This document shows, piece by piece, positions 13,874-26,645 of a stretch of 64,000 nucleotides of DNA; positions within the stretch are counted from its first letter, which is position 1, and every line of letters begins with the position of its first letter. The translations under genes were made by a program, and so were the position numbers. The DNA is from Tubiluchus corallicola (lineage: Eukaryota > Animalia > Priapulida): positions 122,510 through 186,509 of the forward strand of contig JAQGDQ010000249.1 in assembly GCA_030141605.1 (NCBI GenBank), read 5' to 3'. The notes under the pieces were generated by a model. The model did no database searches and was not told where the DNA came from. It saw only the letters and a program-made list of their open reading frames with translations.

Positions 13874-15256
13874 TCACGTAAATTTCTTGTAAGCAAGCTC
13901 GCTAATAAATGTAAACAATGCTACACTGATTCCAGATATCAACACCCAAAAAACTACATTAAGTTGCTCCACATTAATTGATAATGTGCCTACATGCTGA
14001 ACAGGTGAATCTAAACACTTTGCCGATGGTTGCAGTAACTGTTGTAGCAGTTTGTCCACAAGACCGTGTTCTTTTAATGTAGCAAGAGCAAAATTTAGGA
14101 CTTCTGTGTAGTTACTGTTCTTTGGTACAACTAATGCTGATGGTAACGAAAATCTCAAAAATGGAGAAACAGAAAATCTACATTTTTCATATAATTCATA
14201 ATCCTTAATTAAGAAGAACTTTGCATAAGTCCCTATTGTAAACAAGGTGTATTTTCCAGTAGATGTCAGCTCTAATGCCATCTCTGCACTGTCAGCAGGT
14301 ACATTAGGATCCGTTTTCATTCTCTGCCACAGTTGCCTAAATTCCGGTCTGTTTTTCATTTGCAAGGTGGGGCTGTGGTGACCTACTGTAACAGGGATTA
14401 TGTTGCTGTCTTTCAACTCTTGCAATGTAGTGAATGGATAAACTTGCTTGCTTACAAATAATTTACTAACCAGTGTGCCTGTGTACATGGCTGTGATGAT
14501 GCAAGCAAAAATCCACCACCATCCGATAAGCATCCTAGCGGATAAACGTTTTAGTAAATATGTTCCACCTTGTTGGAGGTATGACGACAGTGTGAACCGA
14601 GTAAAGTATGCCTTACTTTCATTCTTTATCACTGGTTTTTCCAGTTTTCTTTGGCAATTACTGCATTTTATGATCTCTTCCTCGTTGTATGGCAGGTTTT
14701 TGCTGTAGTCAATATAGTAAAGTATTGTACCCGCTACTACGCCATATAATACCAGAAGCAGCCACACGAGTGTGGTGAATGGATCTATTATACTGAAACC
14801 TTGTAATTGATGTCTTTTTGTGATAAATACATGAGAATTATAAACAAATGGGTGAAGAAACGTCATGCTTTTTGCTCTTTCTGGTAACATTGTGACTAAT
14901 CCCAAAAACAAGTCGAATTCTCCTGTATCAATTGTATTTTCTAGAGTTCCTGAACGTTTAATGTATGTCACCTTGTACGTGAAGTTTGCTGCTTGGCTGA
15001 GTATCGTAAGCAGTTGGTCTAGATATGGCTTCATAACATCTTCTCTCCATGCTCCCACTCGAAGCAACTCTCCGTGGAGTGAATAACCCTGTGTTCTGGA
15101 GTTTTTACCATAAAACGCATTTAAATTGTACTGGTTATACAAGCTGTTACAATTTTCAGTCCTGATTTTAGTTTTACACGACATTCCAGCGGTCCAAAAA
15201 CATTCAAGGAAATAAAAAGTGACGGCACAAGTTTTGAGAAATGATGCAAACGACAT
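13874..15256 (-). CDS. IR/iGluR-like subunit, copy 4 (460 aa)
   Basis: 1383 nt from the homologous ATG at 15256 (ORF-track start is an upstream GTG); same motifs. Confidence 0.92.
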   Translation of the reverse strand: MSFASFLKTCAVTFYFLECFWTAGMSCKTKIRTENCNSLYNQYNLNAFYGKNSRTQGYSLHGELLRVGAWREDVMKPYLDQLLTILSQAANFTYKVTYIKRSGTLENTIDTGEFDLFLGLVTMLPERAKSMTFLHPFVYNSHVFITKRHQLQGFSIIDPFTTLVWLLLVLYGVVAGTILYYIDYSKNLPYNEEEIIKCSNCQRKLEKPVIKNESKAYFTRFTLSSYLQQGGTYLLKRLSARMLIGWWWIFACIITAMYTGTLVSKLFVSKQVYPFTTLQELKDSNIIPVTVGHHSPTLQMKNRPEFRQLWQRMKTDPNVPADSAEMALELTSTGKYTLFTIGTYAKFFLIKDYELYEKCRFSVSPFLRFSLPSALVVPKNSNYTEVLNFALATLKEHGLVDKLLQQLLQPSAKCLDSPVQHVGTLSINVEQLNVVFWVLISGISVALFTFISELAYKKFT

Positions 15257-17536
15257 TTTGACTTTGAAAGTCTGAATAATAAACTTTAGCTGATTCACAT
15301 TATACAGTCATAATATGCCTATCCAGGGAGGATGACGATGAAAATGTTTTCAGCTGACCACTTATTCTACAATACTAATGTTATGGTCGATTGCTTTGTA
15401 AATATATTTAATACTGGTGTTTAATAAGGCTTCTCTTGTTGCCAACTGTGTTAATATTATCACATAGCTAATGTTACATCAACACCTAACCTAATAATAT
15501 ATTTCAAAGCAGAAATAGGAGAGGAAATGGGAGGAGAAGAGAAGAATTGAATCAGAATTTGTATCATTTACGTAATTAAAGCCTGCATCCATTAATAAAC
15601 GAAGCCACTCACATTTCACCAGAGTCAAAATCATGTTTAGATCTTATCATTACAAATATTCCAAACTGGTTTACTGGGACGTTTGTACAGACAGCGACTG
15701 CTGATGCATGCAGACACTGTCCTATATTGAGCCATATGAAATTTATATATATATATATTAAGTAAAAAGGTAAGTGAGAAAAGTTTAGAATTATGAAAAT
15801 GTTGATACTTTATATTTTTTCGAATCAATTATCAAGTTTCATCTGGATGCTTTAATAACTCTCAATGTAAACCAAACGTGCAAGTTAATTATTGATGCAC
15901 TTACAAAGTGTGTTGTGGATCTATCCCAAATCAAACATAACAGAAATGATCCTTGGATGAATCCCAACATAAGAACACAAAAGCATCATCGCAACAGGTT
16001 ATATAATAAATCTAAGGAAAACTCCTAACACTCCACATTGGGATCAAAGTTGTAAGAAATGTCAGGTCAGGATGTGGAATTAACAGACACAAAATCATCT
16101 TTTTGCGGATTTTCAAATTTTTAATTCCTTAAATTTTATGCATTTTTTTAAATTTTCGCTAACACAGGACCCTATAGGAGAAAAAGTTTCAAGCAACATC
16201 TCCTTTTAAATCGCCAAGTGGATTCACACAAAACAAATCATGGATCATCCTAAGAACAGAATAAAATAGAATTTATTTTTTATATGGATGTGGATCAAAA
16301 TTGAATATAATACAATATTTCCACGATGGTTCATGCATGATTAGCACTTTAAATAGCTAATTTCAAATAAGTGAAATTAAACAAATAAAAATTACACATT
16401 AATAGCATACATTAAATTAAATTAACATTTTAATTAAAACCCCAACCATCAAGAATTAGGAATTTTAAATTGTTAATAAGTTTCATAAAATAAGTCTAAT
16501 AAGAGTCATAAAGTTAAAATTAAAATAATTCTTAAAGTATAATTGAAAAAAGAAAAATTTAAAGATTAAAAAACAGTTAAGAATTATTTACTAAATGTAG
16601 CACAACTAGATTAGGGGTAAAACAACATTTTAGACTAAAAGTACTAAGAAGTAAAAGTAAAAGTACTGAGAAAAGTCACAACCGATTAAGAAAACTTAAA
16701 TGTTTATAATTATCATTGCTAAACAGTAATTAAGAACAAAACTACATAAGGTCAAAATTAAGGTGATTAAAGATTAAAATCAGAATCATAAAATCTAAAA
16801 GTTGCTAAGATTTCAAAAATGAGATAACAGTTTAAAATATAATTTAATTTAAAATAGTATTAAGCAATGCTTTCTTTAACTGTTTTTCTGATAAACTATA
16901 TAAAAGTTGTTAAATGATTTCCAAAATTTTCGAGATTTGTATTTTCTATGATTTTTTCAATTTTTGCTATTTCTTCCCTTTGTTTAGTATTTGGGTCGTC
17001 CGTCATAGCTGCATTTTATTATAACACAAAATGTATATGACAGAGTTTAAGCAAACCACATTATTAATATGTTGCCAGTAAGTCATTCATTTGAAAATAA
17101 TTTGTGTTGCTCACTTTGATATTAAATAACTAAGAGGCGTATATATTTCCAAGTTTTCTGAGACCAGGCCCAGGGCTTCACATAGTCTAGGGCCTCACCA
17201 AGTCTAAATCAGGAACCAGACCTACAGTCTACATGTCTACATTGTGCACCGTATTCATGGCTGAAGACACATTCACAATACAAGATTATTTAAAGGAAAC
17301 AGTCTGAAAAACACATTGTGGATTAAATGCGTCAAATCAGTTTTTTATGTCAAATCAGTGACAGTTTTTATGTTATGATGCTGAACTGCATGGCACACTT
17401 CATTTTTAGCTGCACATGTACTACCATCATTAGATAAGAAAACAGTTTAAGGTCAGCCAACAAGCAGCAGTTATTGATGACCTTGAAAAGGGTAAATGAT
17501 TGGACATTAGAGGGTTAGTACAATATCTGTTGATTT

Positions 17537-18919
17537 TCACGTAAATTTCTTGTAAGCAAGCTCACTAATAAATGTAAACAATGCTACACCGATTCCACAT
17601 ATCAACACCCAAAAAATCACATTAAGTTGCTCCACATTAATTGATAACGTGCCTACATGCTGAACAGGTGAGTCTAAACACTTTTCCGAAGGCTGCAGTA
17701 ACTGTTGTAGCAGTTCATCCACAAGACCGTGTTCTTTTAATGTAGCAAGAGCAAAATTTAGGACTTCAGTATAGTTACTTTTCTTTGGTACAACTAATGC
17801 TGATGGTGTCGAAAAACTTAAAGACAAAGCAATGGAAAATCTGCATTTTCCGCGTAATTCATAATCCTTTACTAAGCGGAGCTTTGCATAAATCCGTTCT
17901 GTAAAGAATGTGTATTTTCCAGTAGCTGTCAGTTCTAATGCCATCTCTGCACTGTCAACAGGTACATTAGGATCCAGTGTCATTCTCTGCCACAGTTGTC
18001 TAAATTCAGGTCTGTTTTTCATTTGCAGTGTGGGGCTGTAGTGACCTATTGTAACAGGAATTATATCGCTGTCTATCAACTCTTGCAACGTAGAAAATGG
18101 ATAAACTTGCTTGCTTACAAATAGTTTACTAACCAGTGTGCCCATGTACATGGCTGTGATGATGCAAGCAAAAATCCACCACCATCCTATAAGCATCCTA
18201 GCAGATAAACATTGTGGTAAATATGTTCCACCTTGTTGGAGGTATGACGACAGTGTGAACTGAATAAAGTACGCCTTACTTTCATTCTTTATCACTGGTT
18301 TTTCCAGTTTTCTTTGGCAGTTGCTGCATTTTATAATCTCTTCCTCGTTGTACGGCAGGTTTTTGCTGTAGTCAATATAGTAAAGTATTGTACCCACTAC
18401 TATGCCATATAATACCAGAAGCAGCCACACGAGTGTGGTGAATGGGTCTATTATACTAAAACCTTGTAATTGATGTCTTTTTGTGATAAATACACGAGAA
18501 CTATAAGCAAGTGGGTGAAGAAACGTCATGCTTTTTGCTCTTTCTGGTAACATTGTGACTAAGCCCAAAAACAAGTCGAATTCTCCTGTATCAATTGCAT
18601 TTTTTAGAGTTTGCAAATGTTTGATGTATGTCACCTTGTACGTAAAGTTTGTTGCTTGGCTGAGCATCGTAAGCAGTTGATCTAGATATGGCTTCGTCGG
18701 ATCGTCTCTCCATGCTCCAACTCGAAGCATCTCTCCGTGGAGTGAATAACCCTGTGTTTTGAAGTTTTTACTATAAAACGCATTTAAATTGTACTGGTTG
18801 TACGAGCTGTTGCAATTTTCAGTCCTGATTTTAGTCTTACACGACATTCCAGCGGTCCAAAAACATTCAAGGAAATAAAAAGTGACGGCACAAGTTTTGA
18901 GAAATGATGCAAACGACAT
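17537..18919 (-). CDS. IR/iGluR-like subunit, copy 5 (460 aa)
   Basis: 1383-nt ORF with the same motifs; M3 variant MYMGTLVSK. Confidence 0.92.
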   Translation of the reverse strand: MSFASFLKTCAVTFYFLECFWTAGMSCKTKIRTENCNSSYNQYNLNAFYSKNFKTQGYSLHGEMLRVGAWRDDPTKPYLDQLLTMLSQATNFTYKVTYIKHLQTLKNAIDTGEFDLFLGLVTMLPERAKSMTFLHPLAYSSRVFITKRHQLQGFSIIDPFTTLVWLLLVLYGIVVGTILYYIDYSKNLPYNEEEIIKCSNCQRKLEKPVIKNESKAYFIQFTLSSYLQQGGTYLPQCLSARMLIGWWWIFACIITAMYMGTLVSKLFVSKQVYPFSTLQELIDSDIIPVTIGHYSPTLQMKNRPEFRQLWQRMTLDPNVPVDSAEMALELTATGKYTFFTERIYAKLRLVKDYELRGKCRFSIALSLSFSTPSALVVPKKSNYTEVLNFALATLKEHGLVDELLQQLLQPSEKCLDSPVQHVGTLSINVEQLNVIFWVLICGIGVALFTFISELAYKKFT

Positions 18920-19460
18920 TTTCGCTTTGGAAGTGTGAATAATAAACTTAGCTGATTCACATTACACAATCATAATATGCCTATCGAAGGAGGATGACGA
19001 TGAAAATGTTTTCAGCTGACCACTTTTATACTACAATGCCAATGTGTTACATATACTTTGTAAATATATTTGCATTAATCATAATAGCGTGTGCGCTAAT
19101 TTACCAGGTGCCAATCTATATGTTCGTTTTGTCTGTCAAACTTTCTGGTGTTTAATTAGGCTTCTCGTCCTGTTGCCACCTGTGTTAACATTACCACCTA
19201 GCTAATGTTACCTCAACACCTAAAATAATAACATATTGAAAAGCAGAATTCTGCAGAACTTATTGGCTATGCATTTGTTTGCTAGGTATCTAAAGATTTG
19301 GCTTTTGTATGCGGCACTGGAGCTAGCGAATGCAGAAACCACACAAGAGCAAACGTACTATACTTAACCCAGACAGCGAGGAGCAAACTGTAAATTAAAA
19401 ACGAAAAGTAACACGTGATTAGTGTCTCCTACTTTGATCAAGTTCACCTTGAGATTGAAG

Positions 19461-19522
19461 GATTAGATTAGATTAGATTAGATTAGATTAGATTAGATTA
19501 GATTAGATTAGATTAGATTAGA
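19461..19522 (+). repeat. (GATTA)n microsatellite
   Basis: About 12 perfect units. Confidence 0.95.
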
Positions 19523-22500
19523 CTAAACTCGAAAAAACAAAAAGGCAAAAGTGTAGAACAAAGTAGAATAATAAAGAATAGATCAAAATGCAATAAGAGA
19601 GAAAATGGGAGGGGAAGAGAGGAGTTGAATCAGATTTTGTATCATTTACGTAATTAATGTCTGCTTCAATTAATAAACGAAGCCACTCACATTTCACCAG
19701 AGTCAAAATCATGTTTAGATCTTATCATTACAAATATTTCAAACTGGTTTACTGGGACGTTTGTACAGACAGCGACTGCTGATGCATGCAGACACTGTCT
19801 TATATTGAGCCATATGAAATTTATATATATATTAAGTAAAAAGGTAAGTGAGAAAAGTTTAGAAATGAGAAAATGTTGATACTTCATATTTTTTCGAATT
19901 AATTATCAAATGTCATCTGGATGCTTTAATAACTCTCAATGTAAACCAAACATGCAAGTTAATTATAGACGCATTTACAAAGTGTGTTGTGGATCTATCC
20001 CAAATGAAACAGTAATGATTCGTCCCGGAAACGATCCTTGGATGAATCCCAACATAAGAATACAAAAGCTTCATCGCAACAGGTTATATAATAAATCTAA
20101 GGAAAACTCCTAACACTCCACATTGGGATCCAAGTTGTAAGAAATGTCAGGTCAGGATGTGGATTTAACAGACACAGAATCATCTTTTTACGGATTTTCA
20201 AAATTTTGAATTTTTACAATTTTTTTAAAATTTTCTCTAAAATGGGACCCCCTAGGAGAAAAAATTTCAAACAACATCTCCTTAGAAATCGCCAAGTGGA
20301 TTCACTCTAAACAAAACATGGATCATCCTAAGAAGAATAGAATAAAACAGAAATTTATTTTTTACATGGATGTGGATCAGAATTGCATATAATACAATAT
20401 TTCCACGATGGTTCATGCATGATTAGCACTTTAAATAGATAATTTCAAATAAACGATATTAAACAGATAAAAATTACACATTAATAGCATACATTAAATT
20501 AAATGAACATTTAATTAAATCCCTAAGCATCAAGAGTTAGGCATTTTAAATTGTTAATAAGTTTCAGAAAACAAGTTAAATAAGAGTCATAAAGCTAAAA
20601 TTCATAAAATTCATAAAGAATAATTGAAAAATGAAAAATTTAAAGATTAAAAAACAGTTAAAAATTATTTACTAAATGTAAGATTAGGGATAAAACAACA
20701 TTTTAGACTAAAAGTACTAATAAGTAAAAATACTGATAAAAGTCATACCCAATTAAGAAAGAATTAAATGTTTATAATTATCATTGCTAAACAGTAATTA
20801 AGAGCGAAACTACATGAAGTCAAAATTAAGGTGATTAAAGATTAAAATCAGAATGATAAAATCTAAAAGTTACTAAGATTTCAAAAATGAGACAGATTAC
20901 AATATAATTTAATTTAAAATAGTATTAAGCAATGCTTTCTTTAGTTTAATATTTGGGTCATCCATCATAGCTGCAATTTATTATAATACAAAATGTATAT
21001 GGCAGAATCTCACCAAGTCTATGTCATGTATTGTAGTTTGAGTAGCATGGTTAATAGAATTCGGCAATAATAATATTGTGATCAACATTAAACCATGTTT
21101 GCTAAGCCATGTCGTGTGTAGCGTTCTACTAAGGTAGCACAAGAAATTTAGCATTTTGGCTGAAACTAGCCGTTAAAATCGTAATGTGGTGAACGCTTTC
21201 ACGTAGGACTTCTCGTTCTCGCTTGGGAGGCTGTTCCAGACAGTCGAGGTAATTGCAATCAGATTCTTAAAAACTGTGTCGGGAATTTGGCTCAAGTTAT
21301 GCGATAATTCAAGTTAAACAACGTTTATTAAAGGGATAAATGAAAGGAAAAAATCCGCTCCAGGAGACCAGTTCGAGATACGCAAGAATTCGAGTTATAT
21401 ACCAATTCAAATTATACATAGTTTACCGTATGAGATAAACAACTGACATTTACAATGAGATATCTCATCTACTCGCATATGGACCATACTCCAATCAATT
21501 TCATCATTTACTTTCCATTTAGCTTATCCACTCTTAGCTGACAGCTAATTATCATGTACAAATCCGTCAGCAATTAGGTCAGTAGTAACGGCAGATGACG
21601 AATATGTTCTTGCTCTAATGAGCAGCTTGATAATACCTGGTAAGTACTAGTTAGTACAGCTCAATACAGGCTAAGGAACTATATTTCAAATAAGCCTGAG
21701 CAAATAAGAAAAGTACTCTTGGTAGACACAACTCCCTAGGCTGAGGAAGTACATTCTTATAACCCTGGAGTTAGATACATTGCCTAGATGCACAGATTTA
21801 TTCTGTGAGTGTGCAGTTGTTGTACAACCTTTAATAAGTTAACAGACAACAAGCTGCATTCTTGCTAACCTGAGGAAGTACGTTCTTTATAAGCCTGGGG
21901 TTAGATACATTGCCTAGATGCACAGATTTATTCTGTGAGTGTGAAGTTTTCGTGCAACCTTTAATAAGTTAACAGACAACAAGCTGCGCTCTTGCTAGGT
22001 TGAGGAACTAAGCTCTATGTTGGCTTACTGACTTTCACGGCGATGTCACACTGGTTTGAAGATCACGTTAAATTGTTGACATTCAATGTTGAACAAATAA
22101 AAGAATACTATAGCAGAGTATGGCCTGGTCTTGTTTGCTGCAGAACACAATATCATATTTTGCTACACAAAGTTGTTGTAGAGGTGTTATGTAAAATAAA
22201 TAATTTATGACGTATTATGACTTATCCCACTTTTAATACACCATGTAACATTTTGATATACCTATTACGTAAAGCACATGTTATAAAGTGCTGCCACCTT
22301 TAGGAAACTATTACAAGAACATGTTACACCAACGTCGTTCGACCATGTAATGGGAAAACTTTATGCTGATAAAGGAATATAAAAGTGTGAAAGTAGGTGT
22401 TTTGAAAGATAAAGTTTGTCTAATCGAATTTTCCAGATGTTTTTCACGGCCGAAGAAACATTTTACAATACACAAGGTTATTTGAAGGAAACAGCCTGAA

Positions 22501-22703
22501 ATTGTGGATTAAATGCGTCAAATATGTGACAATGCGTTATCACAATGCTGAACAGCATGGCACACTTCATTTTTAGCTGCACATGTACTACCATCATTAT
22601 ATAAGAAAACTGTTTGAGATCAGCCAACAACCAGCAGTTATTGATAACCTTGAAAAGGGTAAATGGTTGGAGATTGAAGGGTTAGTATAATATCTATTGA
22701 TTT

Positions 22704-24084
22704 TCACATAAATTTCTTGTAAGCAAGCTCGCTAATAAATGTAAACAATGCTACACCGATTCCAGATATCATCACCCAAAAAACTACATTAAGTTGCTCC
22801 ACATTAATTGATAACGTGCCTACATGCTGAACAGGTGAGTCTAAACACTTTGCCGAAGGCTGCAGTAACTGTTGTAGCAGTTTGTCCACAAGACCGTATT
22901 CTTTTAATGTAGCAAGAGCAAAATTTAGGACTTCTGTGTAGTTACTTTTCTTTGGTACAACTAATGCTGATGGTGACAAAAAACTTAAAGACAAAGCAAT
23001 GGAAAATCTGCATTTTCCGCATAATTCATAATCCTTTATTAAGCGGATCTTTGCATAAGTCTCTTCGTCGAAGAAGGTGTATTTTCCAGTAGCTGTCAGT
23101 TCTAATGCCATCTCTGTACTGTTGGCAGGTACATTAGGATCCAGTTTCATTCTCTGCCACACTCGTCTAAATTCCGGTCTGTTTTTCATTTGTAAGGTCT
23201 GGCTCAACTGACCTACTGTAACAGGAACTACGTCGCTGTCTATCAACTCTTGCAATGTAGTGAATGGATAAACTTGCTTGCTTACAAATAGTTTACTAAC
23301 CAGCGTGCCCGTGTACATGGCTGTGATGATGCAACCAAAAATCCACCACCATCCAATAAGCATCCTAGCGGATAAACATTGTGGCAAATATGTTCCACCT
23401 TGTTGGAGGTATGACGATAGTGTGAACAGAGTAAAGTACGCCTTACTTTCATTCTTTATCACTGGTTCTTCCAGTTTTCTCTGCAGTTGCTGCATTTTAT
23501 AATCCCTTCCTGGCTGTACGGCAGGTTTTTGCTGTAGTCAATATAGTAAAGTATTGTACCCACTACTACGCCATATAATAACAGAAGCAGCCACACGGGT
23601 GTGGTGAACGGGTCTATTATATTAAAACCTTGTAATTGATGTCTTTTTGCGATAAATACATGAGAACTATAAGCAAGTGGGTAAAGAAACGTCATAGTTT
23701 TTGCTCTTTCTGGTAACATTGTGACTAAGCCCAAAAACAAGTCGAATTCTCCTGCATCCATTGCATTTTTTAGAGTTTCCAAATGCTTGACGTATGTCAC
23801 CTTGTACGTGAAGTTTGCTGCTTGGCTGAGCATCGTAAGCAGCTGATCTAGATATGGCTTCATCGGATCGTCTCTCCATGCTCCAACTCGAAGCATCTCT
23901 CCATGGAGTGAATAACCCGTGTTCTGTAGTTTTTACCATAAAACGCATTTAAATTGTTCGGGTTATTCAAACTGTTGCAATTTTCAGTCCTTGTTTTAGT
24001 TTTACACGACATTCCTGCGGTCCAAAAACATTCAAGGAAATAAAAAGTGATGGCGCAAGTTTTGAGAAATGATGCAAACGACAT
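22704..24084 (-). pseudogene. IR/iGluR-like subunit, copy 6, frameshifted (pseudogene or consensus error)
   Basis: 1381 nt instead of 1383. Single-base deletions near 23918 (aataacccgtg vs aataaccctgtg) and 23482 (ctctgcag vs ctttggcag) split it into ORFs 23860-24084, 23459-23896 and 22704-23495. No other in-frame stops seen. Confidence 0.8.
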
Positions 24085-24623
24085 TTTTGCTCTGGAAGTC
24101 TGAATAATAAACTTAGCTGATTCACATTATACAGTCATAATATGCCCATCCAAGGAGGATGACGATGAAAATGTTTTCAGCCGACCACTTTTATACTACA
24201 ATGCCAAGTGTTACATGTACTTTGTCATATATGTGCATTAATCATAATAGTGTGTGTACTAATTCACCAGGTGTGAATCTACATGTTAGTTTTGTCTGCC
24301 ACACCTTTCTGGTGTTTAATTAGGCTTCTCGTCCTGTTGCCACCTGTGTTAATATTACCACCTAGCTAATGTTACCTCAACACGTAAAATAATAACATAT
24401 TGAAAAGCAGAATTCTGCAGAACTTATTGGCTATGCATTTGTTTGCTAGGTATCAAATATTTGGCTTTTGTATGCGAAACTGTAGCTAGAGAATGCAGAA
24501 ACCACACAAGAGCAAACGTACTATACTTAACCAAGACCGCGAGGTGCAAACTGTAAATTAAAAACCAAAAGTAACACGTGATTAGTGTCTCCTATGTTGA
24601 TCAAGTCCACCTTGAGATTGAAG

Positions 24624-24705
24624 GATTAGATTAGATTAGATTAGATTAGATTAGATTAGATTAGATTAGATTAGATTAGATTAGATTAGATTAGATTAGA
24701 TTAGA
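24624..24705 (+). repeat. (GATTA)n microsatellite
   Basis: About 16 perfect units. Confidence 0.95.
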
Positions 24706-25001
24706 CTAAACTCGAAAAAACAAAAATGGAAAAGTGTAGAACGAAGTAGAATTATAAAGAATAGATCAAAATGCAATAAGAGAGGAAATGGGAGAGGAAG
24801 AGAGGAGTTGAATCAGATTTTGTATCATTTACGTAATTAACGTCTGTATGAATTAATAAACGAAGCCACTCACATTTCACCAGAGTCAAAATCATGTTTA
24901 GATCTTATCATTACAAATATTCCAAACTGGTATGCTGGAACGTTTGTACAGACTGCGACAGCTGATGCATGCAGACACTGTCCTATATTGAGCCATATGA
25001 A

Positions 25002-25038
<37 letters not shown>

Positions 25039-26645
25039 GTAAAAGGGTAAGTGAGAAAAGTTCAGAATTACGAAAAAAATTTTAATCAATTATCAAATGT
25101 CTTCTGGATGCTTTAATAACTCTCAGTATAAACCAATCATACAAGTTAATTACAGATGCATTTACAAACTGTGTTGTGGATCTATCCCAAATCAAACAGC
25201 AATGGTTCATCCTGGAAACGATCCTTGGATGAATCCCAACATAAGAACACAAAAGCTTCGTCGCAACAGGTTATATAAATAAATCTAAGGAAAACTCCTA
25301 ACACTCCACATTGGGATCCAAGTTGTAAGAAATGTCAGGTAAGGATGTGGATTTAACAGACACAGAATCATCTTTTTTTGGGATTCAAAAGAAAAGTATA
25401 TAGAAAAAGTTTCAAACAAGATCTCCTTTGAAATCGCCAAGTGGATTCACTCTAAACAAATCATGGATCATCCTAAGAATATTAGAATAGAACAGAAATT
25501 TATTTTTTTACATGAATGTGGATCAAAACTGCATATAATACAATATTTCCACGATGGTCCATGCGTGATTAGCACTTTAAATATATAATTTCAAAAAGTG
25601 AAATTAAACAAATAAAAATTACGCATTAATAGCACATATTAAATAAAATAAACATTTAATTAAATCCCTAAGGATCAAGAGTTAGGAATTTTAAATTGTT
25701 AATAAGTTTCAAAAAACAAGTCAAGTAAGAGTTAGGGATAAAACAACATTTTAGACTAAAAGTACTAATAAGTAAAAGTAAAAGTACTGATAAAAGTCAT
25801 ACCCAATTAAGAAAGAATTAAATGTTTAAAATTATCATTGCTAAACAGTAATTAAGAACAAAACTACATAAAGTCAAAATTAAGCTGATTAGCGATTAAA
25901 ATCGGAATGATAAAATCTAAAAGTTGCTAAGATTTCAAAAATGAGACAACATTAAAATATAAATTAATTTAAAATAGCATTAAGTAATGCTTTCTTTAGT
26001 TTAGTATTTGGGTCATCCATCATAGCTGCAATTTATTATAATACAAAATGTATATGGCAGAATCTCGACAAGTCTACATCGTGTATTGTAGTCTGAGTAG
26101 CATGGTTAATAGAATTCGGCAATAATAATATTATGATATACATTAAACCATGTTTGCTAAGCCATGTTGTGTGCAGCGTTCTACTAATGTAACACAAGCA
26201 ATTTAGCATTTTCACTGAAACTAGCAGTTAAAATCGTAATGTGGTGAACGCTTTCACGCAAGACTTCTCACTTGGGAGGCTGTTCCAGACAGGCGAGATA
26301 ATTTCAGTAAAATTCTTAAAAACTGTACTGGGAATTTGGTTCAAGTTACACGATAATCTGAGTTACGCGATGTTTATTAAAAGAAAAAATGAAAGGAAAA
26401 TCTGCTCCATGAGACCAGTTCGAGATACGCAAGAATTCGAGTTATACCAGTTCAAATTATACATAGTTTACCGTATGAGATAAACAACTGACATTTACTA
26501 TGAGATATCTCATCTACTCGCATACGGAACACACTCCAGTCAATTTCATTCTTTACTTTCCATTTAGCACATCCACTCTTAGCTGATAGATGATTGTCAT
26601 CTACAAATCCGTCAGCAATGAGGTCAGTACATAAACTATTGACTT

